Below the pieces are notes generated by a model. It made no database searches. It saw nothing but the letters and a program-made list of their open reading frames with translations, and was not told where the DNA came from. Below, one piece after another: positions 26,640 to 40,322 of a stretch of 64,000 bases of DNA. The position numbers and the translations under genes are program-made. Position 1 is the stretch's first letter; each line of letters starts with the position of its first letter. Origin of the DNA: Podarcis muralis (lineage: Eukaryota); the NCBI RefSeq assembly GCF_964188315.1, contig NC_135655.1:59706001-59770000 (forward strand). The letters are read 5' to 3'.

Positions 26640-26830
26640 AGAATGCACATTAATAAAGCAGAGGCTTTGTCTAAAGCCACTTTATATTTCTAAGATCATA
26701 TTAGACAAAACATTAAATGAGTGGCAGAATGTAATTTCTGAATTTGTCTGGAATAACAGAAAAGCAAGGGTGGCATTTAAACAGGCCAGAGTGGATAGAA
26801 GAGGGATGGAATTGGAACTGGAATTCCTAG
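26640..26830 (+). mobile_element. L1-like ORF2 fragment
   Basis: LNEWQNVISEFVWNNRKARVAF resembles the L1 ORF2 FIW..KKPRI segment. Confidence 0.5.
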
Positions 26831-29477
26831 GCTAGAATCTCATTACCGTGTAAGCAAGACAAAATGGGTGTTACAAGAAATTCGTTGTTGTTGTTGTTTA
26901 TTACCTACCCTTCACTATGAGGTCCAGCTTAATAAAATCTCACTGAAAGCTCAAGGGTTTATTTAAATAAGAGAATGGTTTGGATCTTGAATTTGATCTA
27001 GTAAGCAGGAGTTCTAAGTTCTGCTCCTCCCTCACAGGGAGGAAACCTTTGCCAATTCCCCCTTGCCTCTGCACTTGTTGCATTGTGCAAAAACAAAGAA
27101 ACAAAAAACACCTGGTCCAGAAGGTGGGAGAGAGGAGGGAAATCAACAAAAAATCACTACCCCTACCCCATCAAATCAAAAACTAGAAGCAACACTTCCA
27201 TTCATGGAAGGCTAACTTAGCACCCAAGCCACTGTTTGGGACCAACAGTTAGGAAAAAATTGTAGCTGGGAACACTCCATTGGTTTAAATGCTGATGGTC
27301 CTGTCCCAGCATATGATGAAATTATTGTGGAAATGTGTGGAAATCACCTCATTTTCTCCCAGCATTTACAACTAGGAGTTGTTTTTTTCCTATGCAAAGT
27401 GACTAATCATATTGGGCAGAGCACTCCTCTGGAGATCTTTGGAGAAGAGGGTCCGTGGCAGGTGAACAGCTACCTAAGCCTTGTGTCAGGAACTACTGAC
27501 CTCTGTTTCATGTGCACAATTGTAGTTTCCCAGGGAAAAGGCTACCCATTGGCTCTTCTGGGGCAGGAGGAGTAGAATAGGGCTTCCTGTTTCAATGGCA
27601 CTTTGCCTGAGCAACAAGGTCTTCCTGAGCTCTAGTGTATCTTGGGTGATCTCTCTTGGCTCGTCCTCTCATCCTGCCTTCTGGTTTGTCCTCTGTTTGC
27701 TCTTCAGACTTCTGATACCAGCTCCTGACTCACTCCACTTTTAATGCTCTATCTGATGCCAACCGAAGTAAAAGATGGTGGCAGGAGACAACTTTTTATT
27801 TTCTCTATACTGTAGTTCTCCCTGCCCTGCAAATTGATCAAAATTGGGGGAAAGTAACTAGGCCTGCTGCATGCTGCAATAGTTTTGCTGAGTCCCAGGG
27901 GAATGAGAGGGCTTTGGATCCTGTGGTTCCCCCATTATGCCACTTTTCATCCCCTACTGACAGTGGAGTAGCAAGGGTGAAAGAGGCTGGGGTCCTGCTG
28001 TATTGAGGAGGCCTCTGGTGGTAGACCTCCTTCTCCAAGCACAGTCCTCCTTCTCTGACCATGGAAATGGAATCCTGCAATCCCCTATGGCCCCTAAGCC
28101 ACCCTTCTTGGGGCCTTAGTCCTCTGAAGGACCCAACTGAATGAAGAAAAAAATATTCAAAGGGAAAAGGGAATTTCATTGGTGTTTTTTCTTATAAGTC
28201 ACTACCCAACATCTTTGTGAAAAGTAAGCCTTCAAATTAGTGTTTCATTTCTAAACTAAAGACGGCACAGCTCAGGAGGTCTACTGAGGAATACGTACCC
28301 TAATTTTAGATGTACCGAAGGATTGGTTATGGTGACTAATTGGAAAGGCAGTCTGTATGTATTCTAAGTTAATAATCCTATGCACACTTTCCTGGAGAGG
28401 AAGTCCTGAACACACTGCAATTTAGCTCCAAATAAAGATGCAAAGGATTGTGTTGTAAAGCACTGGGGGGGTGGGTTCTTACTACTTTACATGTCCTAGG
28501 GTTAGGGTTTGTCATAACTGAATAGCTAAGCTCTGGTGAACCCTGTCTCAAAGTAAGCCCAAAGCAAATTGCACTCTTCACCCCCATGTGATCTATGAAC
28601 TGGTCTGTTGATTGTCAAGGCCAATTCCTGCAAGCGATTGACAGCTCTGAACTCAATATTCACTTCATCCGCAGAATTTGGATCAATCCCTACGTGCATT
28701 GTTCAGCTTATCAATTTACAGAACCCAATTTAGTAATTGCCTGAATAAATCCTCTAGTGTAATAAATCTGAGAAATTGTCATTCATAGCTCAGCAATAAA
28801 ACTGTTTGCTTTGATGAGATATTATACAATTCTAACTCTGAGTAAGGCATGGTACATTAGCATTAGTACATCAGCTTAATGGGCATGTAGAGTCATAAAA
28901 TGAATCAAACAAACAACCAACGGGGGCATTAGAATGTGTTAGGGAATTTGCCACAGTGCAGCCATAACATGATTCATTGAGCAGATTTCTTTTAAAGCTT
29001 ATTAGCGTCTTGGTAGAACAAGGATTTATACAAGTATTTATTTAACTGCCAAGAGGGTGAGAAGCAGTCTTCCAATGTAGCATAATAATTATCATCACTA
29101 CAGTGATATTACAACAGAAACAGACAAACTGAGTGATAACACAGCTTAATCTCACATCGGAGTTTATTGTGTCCTTTGTGAGAGGACTTATTAATGTATT
29201 GTTGCAGGAATAGCATAGGTCAGTGGTATCAGTCAGCAGCAAGCCTAAAAACTGCTTCCCTGTGGGGTGGAAGGGAATTATATTTTTACACAGCTGCCAA
29301 TGATGGTGTTTGACTCCCAGCATATTACTACTGAGGAAGGAAAATGTATGGAGAAACTGGCCAATCTGTTCAATGGAATTAGTACCCTACAAGGCAACTA
29401 TAGTGACATGCTTGGATTTAGGCTTGGGTTTTGTGCAGGGTAGCAGCACAAAAATAAACCAACAAAACACCCTAGAC

Positions 29478-29748
29478 TAGGGGTTCCTAAACTGTGGTTC
29501 ATGGACCACCAGTAGTCCACAAACATCATCCAGGTGGTCCATTGAGTGTATGTGTAGAACACTTATATTCTGAATTAGACGGAATTCAAATTGTAATAAC
29601 ATAAAAGAAAAGAAGCAATAAAATACAATTAATCAAGCACAGCACATTACAATTGCTACAACAGGCAGAAAAATCATTAAGTGGTCTTTCAAGACCCTGG
29701 GCCATTTTCATGTTGTCCAATGGGGGGGGGGGGAGGTTTGGGAATCAC
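29478..29748. mobile_element. hAT-like MITE
   Basis: Ends CTAGGGTTCCTAAACTGTGG / GGTTTGGGAATCAC; resembles lizard hAT MITE termini; TSD not resolved. Confidence 0.5.
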
Positions 29749-29807
29749 TTAGAATGAAGAGCTGGCTAGTTCACATGAGGTATTGTTTGGGGCTCACATG
29801 CTGATTT

Positions 29808-30038
29808 TAGGGTTGCCATATTTCAAAAAGTGAAAATCCAGACACAAAAGTTGTTGAGCTTTATTGGCAAAAAAATTGAGGTTTTTGAGCTATTTTTAAG
29901 GGAAATTGCCAAAACTTCCGACATGGATTGTCATACGTCTGGATTATCCCAGATATTTTTGGGATTTTTGTCCAGACACTGCTTCTGACCGCAGTATTCC
30001 GGCTATGCCCAGGAAATTCTGGACGTATGGCAACCTTA
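29808..30038. mobile_element. MITE with TAGGGTTGCCATA TIRs
   Basis: TIR TAGGGTTGCCATA / TATGGCAACCTTA (one mismatch). Confidence 0.7.
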
Positions 30039-33000
30039 GATTCATACTGTCCCTACAAGGACAAGGCTACAGTACTGTCTCTACGTATATCTGCAGAGGG
30101 CACTGAGAAAATTGTGGGTGACAGAGTTTTCAACATGGCAATCTTCCTCACATAATACGTAGCAATGCGCCAACGGAAAAAAATCTGCATTACAGGATGG
30201 GACTAAAGATTCTGAGTGGGTTTTTGTGGACAAATCCATATTAATCCTTAAAAATCCACACAGAATCATTTAACATAAATATTAAGGTGGGGAAACACAA
30301 GGTGACCTGGGTTGTGAGTCCAAAGGCTCTCTTCTTTTTGTTGGTTTTTAAAAGTAATTTCAGCCACCTAAAACAGGCTAGCCAGTAGTACCACTGCACC
30401 CCATAAACTTCCCTGGGAGTGACAGGTCTTGATACTCAAGGGAAATGTTATGTACTCTATGTATTCTATTTTCAAGACCTCCTTATGAGTCTCAGGCAAA
30501 ATCAAACATTAAACATGGTGTCAAATGGCTGCGGCTTCCGGCACCATCTTGTGAGATGTCTGTGAGAACTTGCCAGAACCTGGAAGCTTCATCCACTTCT
30601 CCTTGCTTTGGAAGTTGTGGCAGGTGGGCAGGGCACACACATACCCCTCCACAGGAGAAATGGCAGCAGAGGCAAGTTACTGTGAGAGCGCCACAAGATC
30701 TCATAAGGTCTCACCAAAAGCCACTGCTGCTCCTCACTTTTCCGGGGGGCAGTAACAGTATTGTCTGATACTCCACTGCAGCCCCTACGGACATAGCCTT
30801 CCCGTAGTTATTAATGACTGGTACAATCCAGACTTGATAGCTGCTGTAGGCTGTCTGCGGATTTGCCCTTCCAACTATTCAGAAACTTCTGGTGGTTCAT
30901 AATATGGCAGTCAGATTATTGAGTGGCAGTGATTGCTGGCTAGGACCAGTGGGAGTTGTTACCCACAACATATGGAGGGCAGCACGTTAGCTAACTCTGT
31001 GCTAGCTCCTGTTCTAAACACACATATAACCAGAATAAAAGCCATTGAACTCGGGGGCAGGGGTCCAAACCAAAGTATTGGATACTAAACACACAGCTGA
31101 GGGCAAACAACACATTTAAAACACATCCAATGCACATTTACAGCACACAACTTCTCCCCAAAAGTTATGATAACTGTAGTTTTTTAAGGATGCAGGGAAT
31201 TTGTAACTTTCTGAAGGGGAAACTGTGGTTCCCAGGATTCTTTAGGGGAAATCATGTGCTTTAAATGTCTGTTGGATGTGCTTTAAATGTATGGCATTGG
31301 GGGGGGGGGAATGAACAACATTGAAAGTAGGATAAAGTGTATAAAGTTTAAAACATTTTTCTTGCTTTTTCTTGGGGTTTATTTAAACTTATCTTTAGCT
31401 ATAAAAGGCAGAAAATGAAGTAGTATTCCTAGTGCAATGCAGTCATGCTAATTAGAATTATGAAGTACAGAGCAAACTATGTCCACAAGCTAACAGTCAA
31501 AATTTTGCTGAAATGTATGCTCTAACTCTTTACATTAAGAGCATTATGTTTAAACTTAGTAAGTTTTATACATCATTCACAGTACCATAAATAGTCAGAT
31601 TTGGCTTTGGGTTTTCTGACTGACCAAGTTTTCCTACCAACATTACTGGAGTTGTATTGTTGATTGTAAGGGGGAAACAATGTTGTAATTTTTTCAATCA
31701 TTAAGTCTTACAGCTGTACAAATAGCATAGGAATGTGTATTCTTTTCCCTCTTGGCCTTAAAATTATGCATGCCCAGCAAATGCTCGTAACAATTGCTTC
31801 TTAAGTCACTGAAATTTAAAACCATTCAGTTTCCCTGTAAAGAGCTCCCGGCGCCTTTTGATGTGAAACTTGGATAAGCTTAAATGTGGAGAACTAATAA
31901 AATAATAAAAAGACCCCAGAGGTGTTTATAGATTTCAATTATCTCTTGCTTTTCTATCCCAGGCCTGGACTAGGTCGGAATGTGTTGCTCTCTCAAGTAC
32001 TACTTGAGTCTAGGCTGCATTTTTATGCTGGCTGGTTTCACATTCTCCTAGGCTGCTTCTTTGTAGCTGAATCGCCTTAGTGGGGTTAGTGTACAGAGGT
32101 GCTAAGGACTCCCCTAGACAAAGCAGGCATGCTTCACAAAAGCAAAGGAGCAAAAGGAAACAAAATTGAATCTCTAGCACCCAGCTCCTGAGCAAACAGA
32201 CAAAACTAATGGATCCCCTCTTGCTCCTCCCATCCAATTACTGTGATCCAGTAGAGAGAATATGGCAACATCAGTTCACACAAATTCTAATGCTCTTAAT
32301 CCCTTCCATACATATAAACCTCACATTCACCAACATTACTTCATTACCAAGCCACCCAGGCAGACTGAGTGTCGGAATGGACCCACCAGCTGCAAAAACC
32401 TGCCTCCTTCAGGTTTTAATCAGCTAATGAGGGATATGCAAATGACAAGCTTATGGGATTATGGCTTGTCTAACAGCAGTCCTCCCCACAGTGATACAGT
32501 ACTAATACAGGTGTTAGTAAACTGGTTATTCGGCCCCAACTAATTTAGGTCCATTCATGCTGGGATTGTGCTTGAGGCCTTGTCATTTGTACCAATGTTT
32601 GCAGGCCCAGTGGGAGCTCTGTTAGTACTGTGGTGGGTCCGACATGAACTCCTGGTTGTCAGATATGATGTTAATAAATCCTATTGGTTTGGTATTTATG
32701 ATGTTTCTTTATGGCCCCCTGCCTCCTTTAGTTTGCCTGAACCAGTCCATGGGAAATAGCCATGGATCAGTCAAAGGGGAATTTAATTAAATGTTACTTA
32801 CCATTTATATGGACTTTTCACATACTTCGTTGGGTAAAGGGTGAACCTTAGCAATAACTCATTTAACCTCCATTTTCTCTTGGCCACAAGGAGCCAGTTC
32901 TCAGTGGTCTGAGAAGGGGAATATAGTTAAAGCGGCAGCACTAAGGAGAAGAAATGTAGAGCAGCATTGGGTTAAAGAGGAATAACTAATTTAAAAAATG

Positions 33001-33229
33001 AGCAGCACTTTTGTAATACAATTTGGGCTGTTGATTTCAATTGCAGAGCACAGCTATCATTCATTTTGTTTCCTTAAAAAAGCTGGTGGCAGTGCTTTAC
33101 GGCGCAGCTGTTTAAAAAATGACAACACTGGGAAATCATTGTGGAAAACACAAAAAAATTAGATGTCAGAGGAAGAAATCTAGAAAGGCATACAATATAG
33201 TATGAAAGTATGAACTGTTGTCCTTCAAG

Positions 33230-34600
33230 TCTCATATATCACAACTTGGACAAAATAGACTGAGGTGAAGGAGGGATGTTTGGTGATCAGTAGGCTAACT
33301 GCTTAAGTCTGCAACCCTCAGTGTAAGTCCACTGAAACATTAGCCTGTTGAAATATTTGTTCATTTGCTTATTTTTTTAGGATTACTTAAACCCTGCACT
33401 TCAACCATAGAGGTCTTTAGAATCAATAAAAATAAAATAAAAGCAATTACAAAAAAGACATTTCCATCATTAAAAATAAAAGTAGCATCAAGAAAACCAG
33501 CACAAATTACAGATTAAACAGAATAAGTAAAGAAACAGCAGATATCAAACTAGAAAAGGGTACTCATATTAGTGCAACACTTTTTCATATCTGATATTGG
33601 AAACAGCTGATAATCCCCTACAAACAGGCAAAAAACTGAGGTAATTTGCTGGTATATACAATTAATACATGTAACAATATAGATGACTCTCAGAAGGATT
33701 CATGGTTGAAATCTATGGTGAGGAGAGGTAAAAACACAAGGGTATGTGAACAAGCAAATTTGTATATTTTATAAAATAGAATACTTGGTCCCTTCAAATG
33801 TTAATCACTTAAAGGCCTCCACCCTATCACAGGGACAGTGAAGCATCACCTCTATCGCTAACTGAGTGGCTCCTAACTATGTCCCAACCAATGTCCACAT
33901 ATTGAATGTGGACATCTAACAAGAAGAAGCCTATGTATGTGGACCTCTATCAGAGCCGGAACTCTTTGTTCATAACTGGGAAAATTAGTACTTCACATTA
34001 TTTTCCAGTGCAGCAAATAATTCCAATGAAAACCATAGAACCTTTGATTCTGCAGTTGCAGGACACCTCAAGACATCCAAATGCTGACTTCGAACGCTGT
34101 TGCTGATTTTGTTTCATTGAACTCAAGAGGAATTATTTCCAAGTAGGCATGCATAAGATTGCACCATCAGGCATCTAACTTGCTTAGGTATAGTTGAGAA
34201 GAACAATTGTTATTGTTGTAGAAAGTAAAAAGTATGTGTTCTAAGCTACAGTTTAAGCAATGAGTTGAAACAGCAGAAAGGGAGAGTTACCTTTAGAAAA
34301 CCTTGAGGTCCAATCAGACAACTAGCATACTTATTGTATGCCTTTCCCTAACAGAATCCCACATGCTGGTATAAAGGGTCAAAGGTTAACTACTGGCTAA
34401 CTCTGAGGGCAAGGTATTATTCAAAATCAGGTCCTTAAAACATTTGCTGGAGGACTTATCTGTTAGCCTTGTTTGGAGTCGGTATGTTTGCCAACAGGGA
34501 AAGTATTTAGAAAGGGTAGGGGATGGGAGGAATTTGTAGAAGAGCATTCTACAGTCTCTTGTCACTGTAACAACTGAAAGGCACCAGTAGTTTGGGATCT
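33230..34600 (+). pseudogene. Four cadherin relic exons
   Basis: TEVKEGCLVISRLTA*VC (33230-33322, donor GTAAGT); GNLLVYTINTCNNIDD; SLFITGKISTSHY...LILQLQDTSRHP; NSEGKVLFKIRSL...VGDGRNL*KSILQSLVTVTTE. Confidence 0.65.
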
Positions 34601-35439
34601 TCTTCCTAAAAAACAAACAAACAAAAACCACCACAGCAGTGCAATCCTAGACATGCCAACTCAGAAATGAATTCCATTAGGTTCAATGAAACTTGCTCCC
34701 AGGTAAGTTCATATACAGTTGCAGTCTTAAGGAGTAGGATTCCCTGTAAACAAAGTTTTAAAGGACGTTTTCAGTTCTGCTTAATATTTTATGGGCTTTA
34801 ATAAAATAAGGGGTGGAAGGCACCTTCCATTAATAAAATGAGGAACTGAGAAGCAAGACCCAGAGCCGACAGGGATGCTGCACCCTGGCTGTGAGGGACC
34901 ATTGCTGCCCAAGAGTCTGAACAACTAAAGGGATGTAGGCAGTAGGGCCTTGCCTAATAGCCTTACGCTTGGCTATTAAGCTTGGCTATAGAAGCCAGAT
35001 CAAGGAAATGGGCTTCCTACCAGTTACCATAAATTGGAATTGGGCACCCCAGCTGGAGTACTTAACTTTACCCTATTAGTCTTTATGTTTCTTGCATACC
35101 TGCAAATGGTAACCAGACTACACTAATTAGCCTTTTTGTAAGCTTATTGTGCAATTTATGCTTTAGTATGCTTTATGCAGCTTAGTCCTGTGCTTTATGC
35201 TATGAGCTGACTATGTGCATTTTGTGCTAATTCCTGCTGTATATGAAAAAAAAGTGTGTGAATAAAGCTGAAGACATTTTGCCGCCTGAGGCAAACTATA
35301 GAATGCACCCCACTACCATGCCTCACTCCTTCAAAAAAACAGGGCTTGTCACATGCACCCAAGCACATGGGAAGAAAAGTCAGTGGCATCCTACTATGCA
35401 TGCACTTACTTGGCTTATTTATTTGTCATTTAGGGACAT

Positions 35440-36123
35440 GAGTAGGCAAACTAAGGCCTGGGGGCCAGATCTGGCCCAATCACCTTTTAAATCCGGCCCA
35501 CGGACGGTCTGGAAATCAGCGTATTTTTGTTAAATTCCTGCTCCATGATTGCAGTCATGGGATTGTTGTCTTTCACATGATGGTATATGTTTTGACTCCA
35601 CAAAGTGGGAAGTGATGGAGACAGGATGTTTGTGTTACTGTGTCTATTGTCCTTTGTTCTTTTTCTCTTGCTGTCTGATGCTAGAAAGAGAGGGAACCAT
35701 GTTGCAGTGCTCCACATGTGTTTATATGTAAATAAAGTAGATTAGCCAAAATGCTGAGTTGCTGAGGTCTGTCATGCAAGTTGCGAAGACTCTGCGGATC
35801 CCTAAGTGTGCCGGTGTCTGTTGGCATCGGTCGCTGTGATGTTCGGGCTGAAGAAAGCTTTTGAAGCTCCCGAAGGATCAACCAGCGGGGAGAGGACATG
35901 CCAGTCACGCATGTGTTTCTGCCAGGGTCCTACTCAAGTGTAGGCTGAGATCCTAATAGTTTTTACATGAGTAGAATGTGTCCTTTTATTTAAAATGCAT
36001 CTCTGGGTTATTTGTGGGGCATAAGAATTCATTCTTTTTTTTCTTTCAAAATATAGTCCGGCCCCCCACAAGGTCTGAGGGACAGTGGACTGACCCCCTG
36101 CTGAAAAAGTTTGCTGACCCCTG
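35440..36123. mobile_element. hAT-like MITE with about 430 bp of extra internal sequence
   Basis: Left arm TAGGCAAACTAAGGCCTGGGGGCCAGATCTGGCCCAATC; right arm ...GGCCCCCCACAAGGTCTGAGGGACAGTGG...AAAAAGTTTGCTGACCCCTG. Confidence 0.6.
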
Positions 36124-36590
36124 GTTTAGGAGAATGCACCAGCAGCTCCACACACACACACACCCATAGCCAAAAATGCCCTCTCGGTTTACTGACCTAA
36201 ATGCAATGCACTACACAATCGTGAGAAAGGGAGGGCAAGCGAGCACAAAAGCAAGACTAAGACGCACAAAGCGAAGCTGTTCACCTCCACTCCATACATT
36301 CTGAGCAAGAGTAACAGCAAAAAGTGGGGAAACCTGCTTATTCCCCCCTCTTTCTGGAACGTGCCACTTCCTTCACCTCTTTAAACCCCTAAGGAGAACC
36401 AAGACTGCAACCACACATTTACCACTAGGTTTCTTTGGTTGTAAATCCCTCTCCCCCAGTGAGTGCAGCCAAACTTGGAAGCAAAACTCACTCTCTAAAC
36501 AAATTCATACAGCACGATTAGCCCTCAGGAACTGCTTAGCCCCACATCTCTAGCCCATTTGCAAAGAGCGCTGCTTTGTTTTCCTGGCAG

Positions 36591-36720
36591 CAGCAGAGGT
36601 GGTGTATGTGTGTGATGGGGCAGAGAACTGGAGAAGAAACATAAAGGGCAGCCCGAGTGGAATCTCTGCAGCACTCCTCCAAGGTACTGTGGAAAATTAA
36701 GAATGTTGCCTCATAGCTGC
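36591..36720 (+). pseudogene. Cadherin relic exon
   Basis: Acceptor ctttgttttcctggcAG; AEVVYVCDGAENWRRNIKGSPSGISAALLQGTVEN*. Confidence 0.55.
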
Positions 36721-37553
36721 CTACTCCTGCCATTAGGGAAGAGAGGCAGAACCAAGGGCACTTTGTCAAGGGCTCTCTCAGACCTGGAGCCAGCCCTGAC
36801 TAGGCCTCAAAAACATCCTCTAGTGCAGCATGAGTAGCTACTTTCCAAGGAACAAAGGTGAGAAAGCCAGTGTGTGCACGCATTCACTTGTGTGAGCCTA
36901 AATGGGGTCTTTGGACTGGAGCCACAGAGTGCCAGTCAGGAATGCTTTTAATGTAACGTAAGCATATGAAAAGTTTTGGAATTCTAACCTAAGCAGTCAG
37001 TGAAGTCTCTGAACAAAGGATAATAGGAAGCTTTTAAAAGGCAAACAGGATTCGAGGACTGACTAAACAGAGATAAATTGATCTGATCTTAACAAATAAT
37101 TTAAGCTTTTCATCCTTCTTCTTTTTGCTATTATATTTTGCTTCCTATAAAACAACTTCTATGGCACCAAGAGATCCTGTAAAGTACTTATTTCTGAAGA
37201 ATCAAAACAAAGCTAGAACATAGAAAATGGACACTTTAAAAAGTACACTTGAGGTTGGGATATACAAACCAGCGCGCAAATGTTTCTTGCTAGTGAACAT
37301 TGGGATAGGGTTGTTCATACATAAGTAATATATATTTGGGATCATTGTTATGTCCTATACTTCACATGAGCAGCACACAGCATAATTAGGAAAGACCTGT
37401 CAAATTTTTGATTTATTGATCTTGCTGTCAGCTGCATGACAACCATTCCTTACTCCTGGTCACATATTAAACTGGTGAATAAACGAAACACTAAGGCTGC
37501 AATCTTTTGCTCACTTACATGGAAGTAAGTTGTGTTTAATTTAGGGGGATGTA

Positions 37554-38220
37554 CAGTGGTGCCCTGCAAGACGAACGCCTCGCAAGACGGAAAACCCGCT
37601 AGACGAAAGGGTTTTCCGTTTTGGAGGCGCTTCGCAAAACGAATTTCCCTATGGGCTTCCTTCGCAAGACGAAAGCCCATAGGGAAATCTCCGGGACAGC
37701 GGGGAAGCGCAGCGCGTCTTCCCCACTGTCCTCGGACCTCCTCCGAAGGCTGGCGGCGGGGCGGAGAGACCTCCTCCCACCGCCAGCCTTCTTTTCTCCG
37801 CTATCCCGGACGGCTTTTGAAGGCAGGCGGGGGGGAGCAAAGACTTTCGCCCCCCGCCGGCCTTCAGAAGAGGTCCAGGACCTCTTCTGAAGGCCGGCGG
37901 GGGGCAAAAGTCTTTGCTCCCCCCTGCCTGCCTTCCTGGGGGCTTTTAAATTGCCCCGGGACAGCGGAGAAGTCCTCCGCTGTCCCGGGGTTTTTTAAAA
38001 TGCTGGGGGTGGGAAGAAAAGCCCTTGTCCCCCCCCCCCAGACTTCAGAAGAGGTCGGGGGACAGACTGTCCCCGGACCTGGTCTGAAGTCGGTTTCCAT
38101 AGGAACGCATTGATTGATTTTCAATGCATTCCTATGGGAAACCGTGCTTCGCAAGACGAAAAACTCACAAGAAGAAAAAACTTGCGGAACGAATTAATTT
38201 CGTCTTGCGAGGCACCACTG
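37554..38220. mobile_element. Tc1/mariner-superfamily MITE, GC-rich (667 bp)
   Basis: TIR CAGTGGTGCCCTGCAAGACGAA / TTCGTCTTGCGAGGCACCACTG; TA TSD on both sides; CpG-rich internally repeated core. Confidence 0.9.
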
Positions 38221-39908
38221 TACTTCTGTGTAAACATGTTTAGGATTGTGCTGTAAGCTTTACTCAGTTTGCTGCTTCCAGAATGTACTTCTTTCACCCA
38301 AATTTTGAAATAAAATATGTTTAGATTTGCTTTTTAATGTTTTACAGTCATTTTCATGGGTTTAACAACTATAACCAACCATCTCTCAGTCAGGGACAGG
38401 AGTGAGAATATAGAATTACACTTGCTCTATTGGGGGGGGGGGATCCAAAAATCTCTTTCAAAGTGACACATCATTATAAAGAAAAGTATAACTATTCAGC
38501 CTAATCCTCAGCATCATAACTCAGAAGGAAATCCCAATGAGTTAAATGAAATTTGCTCTGCAGTAAGTGTGCTTATGATTGCAGCCTTACCTAAAAATGA
38601 CTCCAAAAAAATCCACTAGTTCAGGAGCCTCTTTAATTTGCCAAAATGAATAAATCAGGATTTTTGTTTTTTACAGAATCCGATCTCTGCCAATCACCAT
38701 AAAAACACGAATAGGAGGATTTCTAATATTTTTTCAGTAACAAACAATTCTTCAACATTTATATACACTGCCTTGTCAAAGCCAAATTACTATGTTAAGT
38801 AAGCAAATATATATCCATGTAATATTTTATAGTTTATTAATATCCCATGGTCTCTAGTGCACCTTTGGTCGTTATCTGGAGGAAGATGGGTTTAAAATGA
38901 AAGGAAATAAATAAAAAATATCCAAATAGAAATACTGTTGATCCTCAGAACGAACAGTTAAATAACAATTTATGCCATGTGCAGGAGTTGTAAACCATCT
39001 CTCATTTCTCCCCACCTCTCTCCATAAACAAGAAGCTGGAAAATCTCTTCTCCCAATTCCCTTCTCTAAGTCCTAAGCTACTCAAATTCGGCATTTGTGA
39101 CTACCTTCTAAGAAGATTATCAAGCCAGATGACCTCAACCAGCAGTGGCACCAATTAGCCACCATTCAATATTAATAAACAGTATGATGATAACAAATAA
39201 AAAGATTGATTCTTCAGATGCAGGAATCATTTTAATTAATTTAATCCTTGCTGAAAGATCAGCTGTGCACAGTGCTGCTTGCCAGCGGGCGCCATTTGTC
39301 CCTACCTCTCCCCATCACCTCAAGCCAGCGAATATGATCAGTAGCCAGCACTTAGGGAACAATAAGAAACAGATTGTACTGTCAGGCTTCATTAAAGATC
39401 ATCATTAGTATTCCAATTTGGAAACAGTCAATCTATCCCAACCTTTTAGCCATTCTTTGGGGTTGCTTTTGTGGAGTTTGGTTCAGCTGCTGAACGTAAA
39501 AGGTGGCGGGGGCGGGGAATACCACCAGCCCGAGATTTAGAGAGAAGGATGGATCTCCTTGATGCCTGTCAGTCAAAAGCTTAAAGGTAAAACTCTGGGG
39601 ATAGAAATATTATGCAAGTGTTTTTTAAACGATATCATGTGCAGCTGCTTGTCACTGTGAGAGATTGTACGGGCAATGAAATTTTTCTCAAACAAACCCT
39701 TAATGATTACGTGTGGGAATGGAATTGACATGGGCGATGCTTTCTTTTATTCCACTGCTGAGTTCTTTCAGGGCTGGAGAGCCTGAGATGGGCTGTGTGT
39801 ATTTCATTTTGGTCTCGCAGCAATTGGCATTTTGAGCAAACTGTTAGAGGGAAAGAGAGCACAACTTGTGGTCTGAGGCAGTGCATGAAAAATGGGATGG
39901 GAAACCCT

Positions 39909-40322
39909 GATCCCATCGAAGATCTGTGGAGGGAGCTGAAGGTTTGAGTAGCTACACATCAGCCTCGAAATCTTACTGACTTGGAGAGGATCTGCAAAGA
40001 GGAGTGGGACGAAATACCTCCTGAGATGTGTGCAAACCTGGTGGCCACCTACAAGAAACGTCTGACCTCTGTAATTGCCAACAAGGGTTTTGCCACCACG
40101 TACTAAGTCTTCTTTTGCAAAGGGATCAAATGCTTCTTTCACTCATTATAATTCACATCAATTTCTGACTTTTGTCTTCTGGGTTTCTGGGGGGTTTCCT
40201 GTTGTTATTCTGTCTCTCACAGCTACAATAAACCTACCATTAAAATTATGGACTGGTCATTTCTTCATCAGAGGGCAAACGGGCAAATTTAGAAGGGGAT
40301 CAAATACTTTTCTCCCTCACTG
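39909..40322 (+). mobile_element. Tc1 transposon 3' fragment (transposase C-terminus plus IR/DR-type right TIR)
   Basis: [64 protein letters not shown] (39909-40106); inner and outer DR GGGATCAAAT(G/A)CTT; terminus CTCCCTCACTG followed by TA. Confidence 0.9.

Larger units (their letters stand above)
27400..30760 (+). pseudogene. Cadherin relic segments
   Basis: EGPWQVNSYLSLVSGTTDLCF; LMPTEVKDGGRRQL; NCFPVGWKGIIFL; ENVWRNWPICSMELVPYKATIV; RPPYESQAKSN; YPSTGEMAAEASYCESATRSH. Confidence 0.55.

Noticed and set aside
32568-32759. Hydrophobic stretch LSFVPMFAGPVGALLVLWWV as the cadherin transmembrane segment
   Set aside because: EC-like segments continue for more than 20 kb downstream and no flanking splice structure supports it.
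37532-38154. 193-aa and overlapping ORFs as genes
   Set aside because: They lie entirely within a GC-rich MITE bounded by TIRs and a TA TSD, and show no domains.
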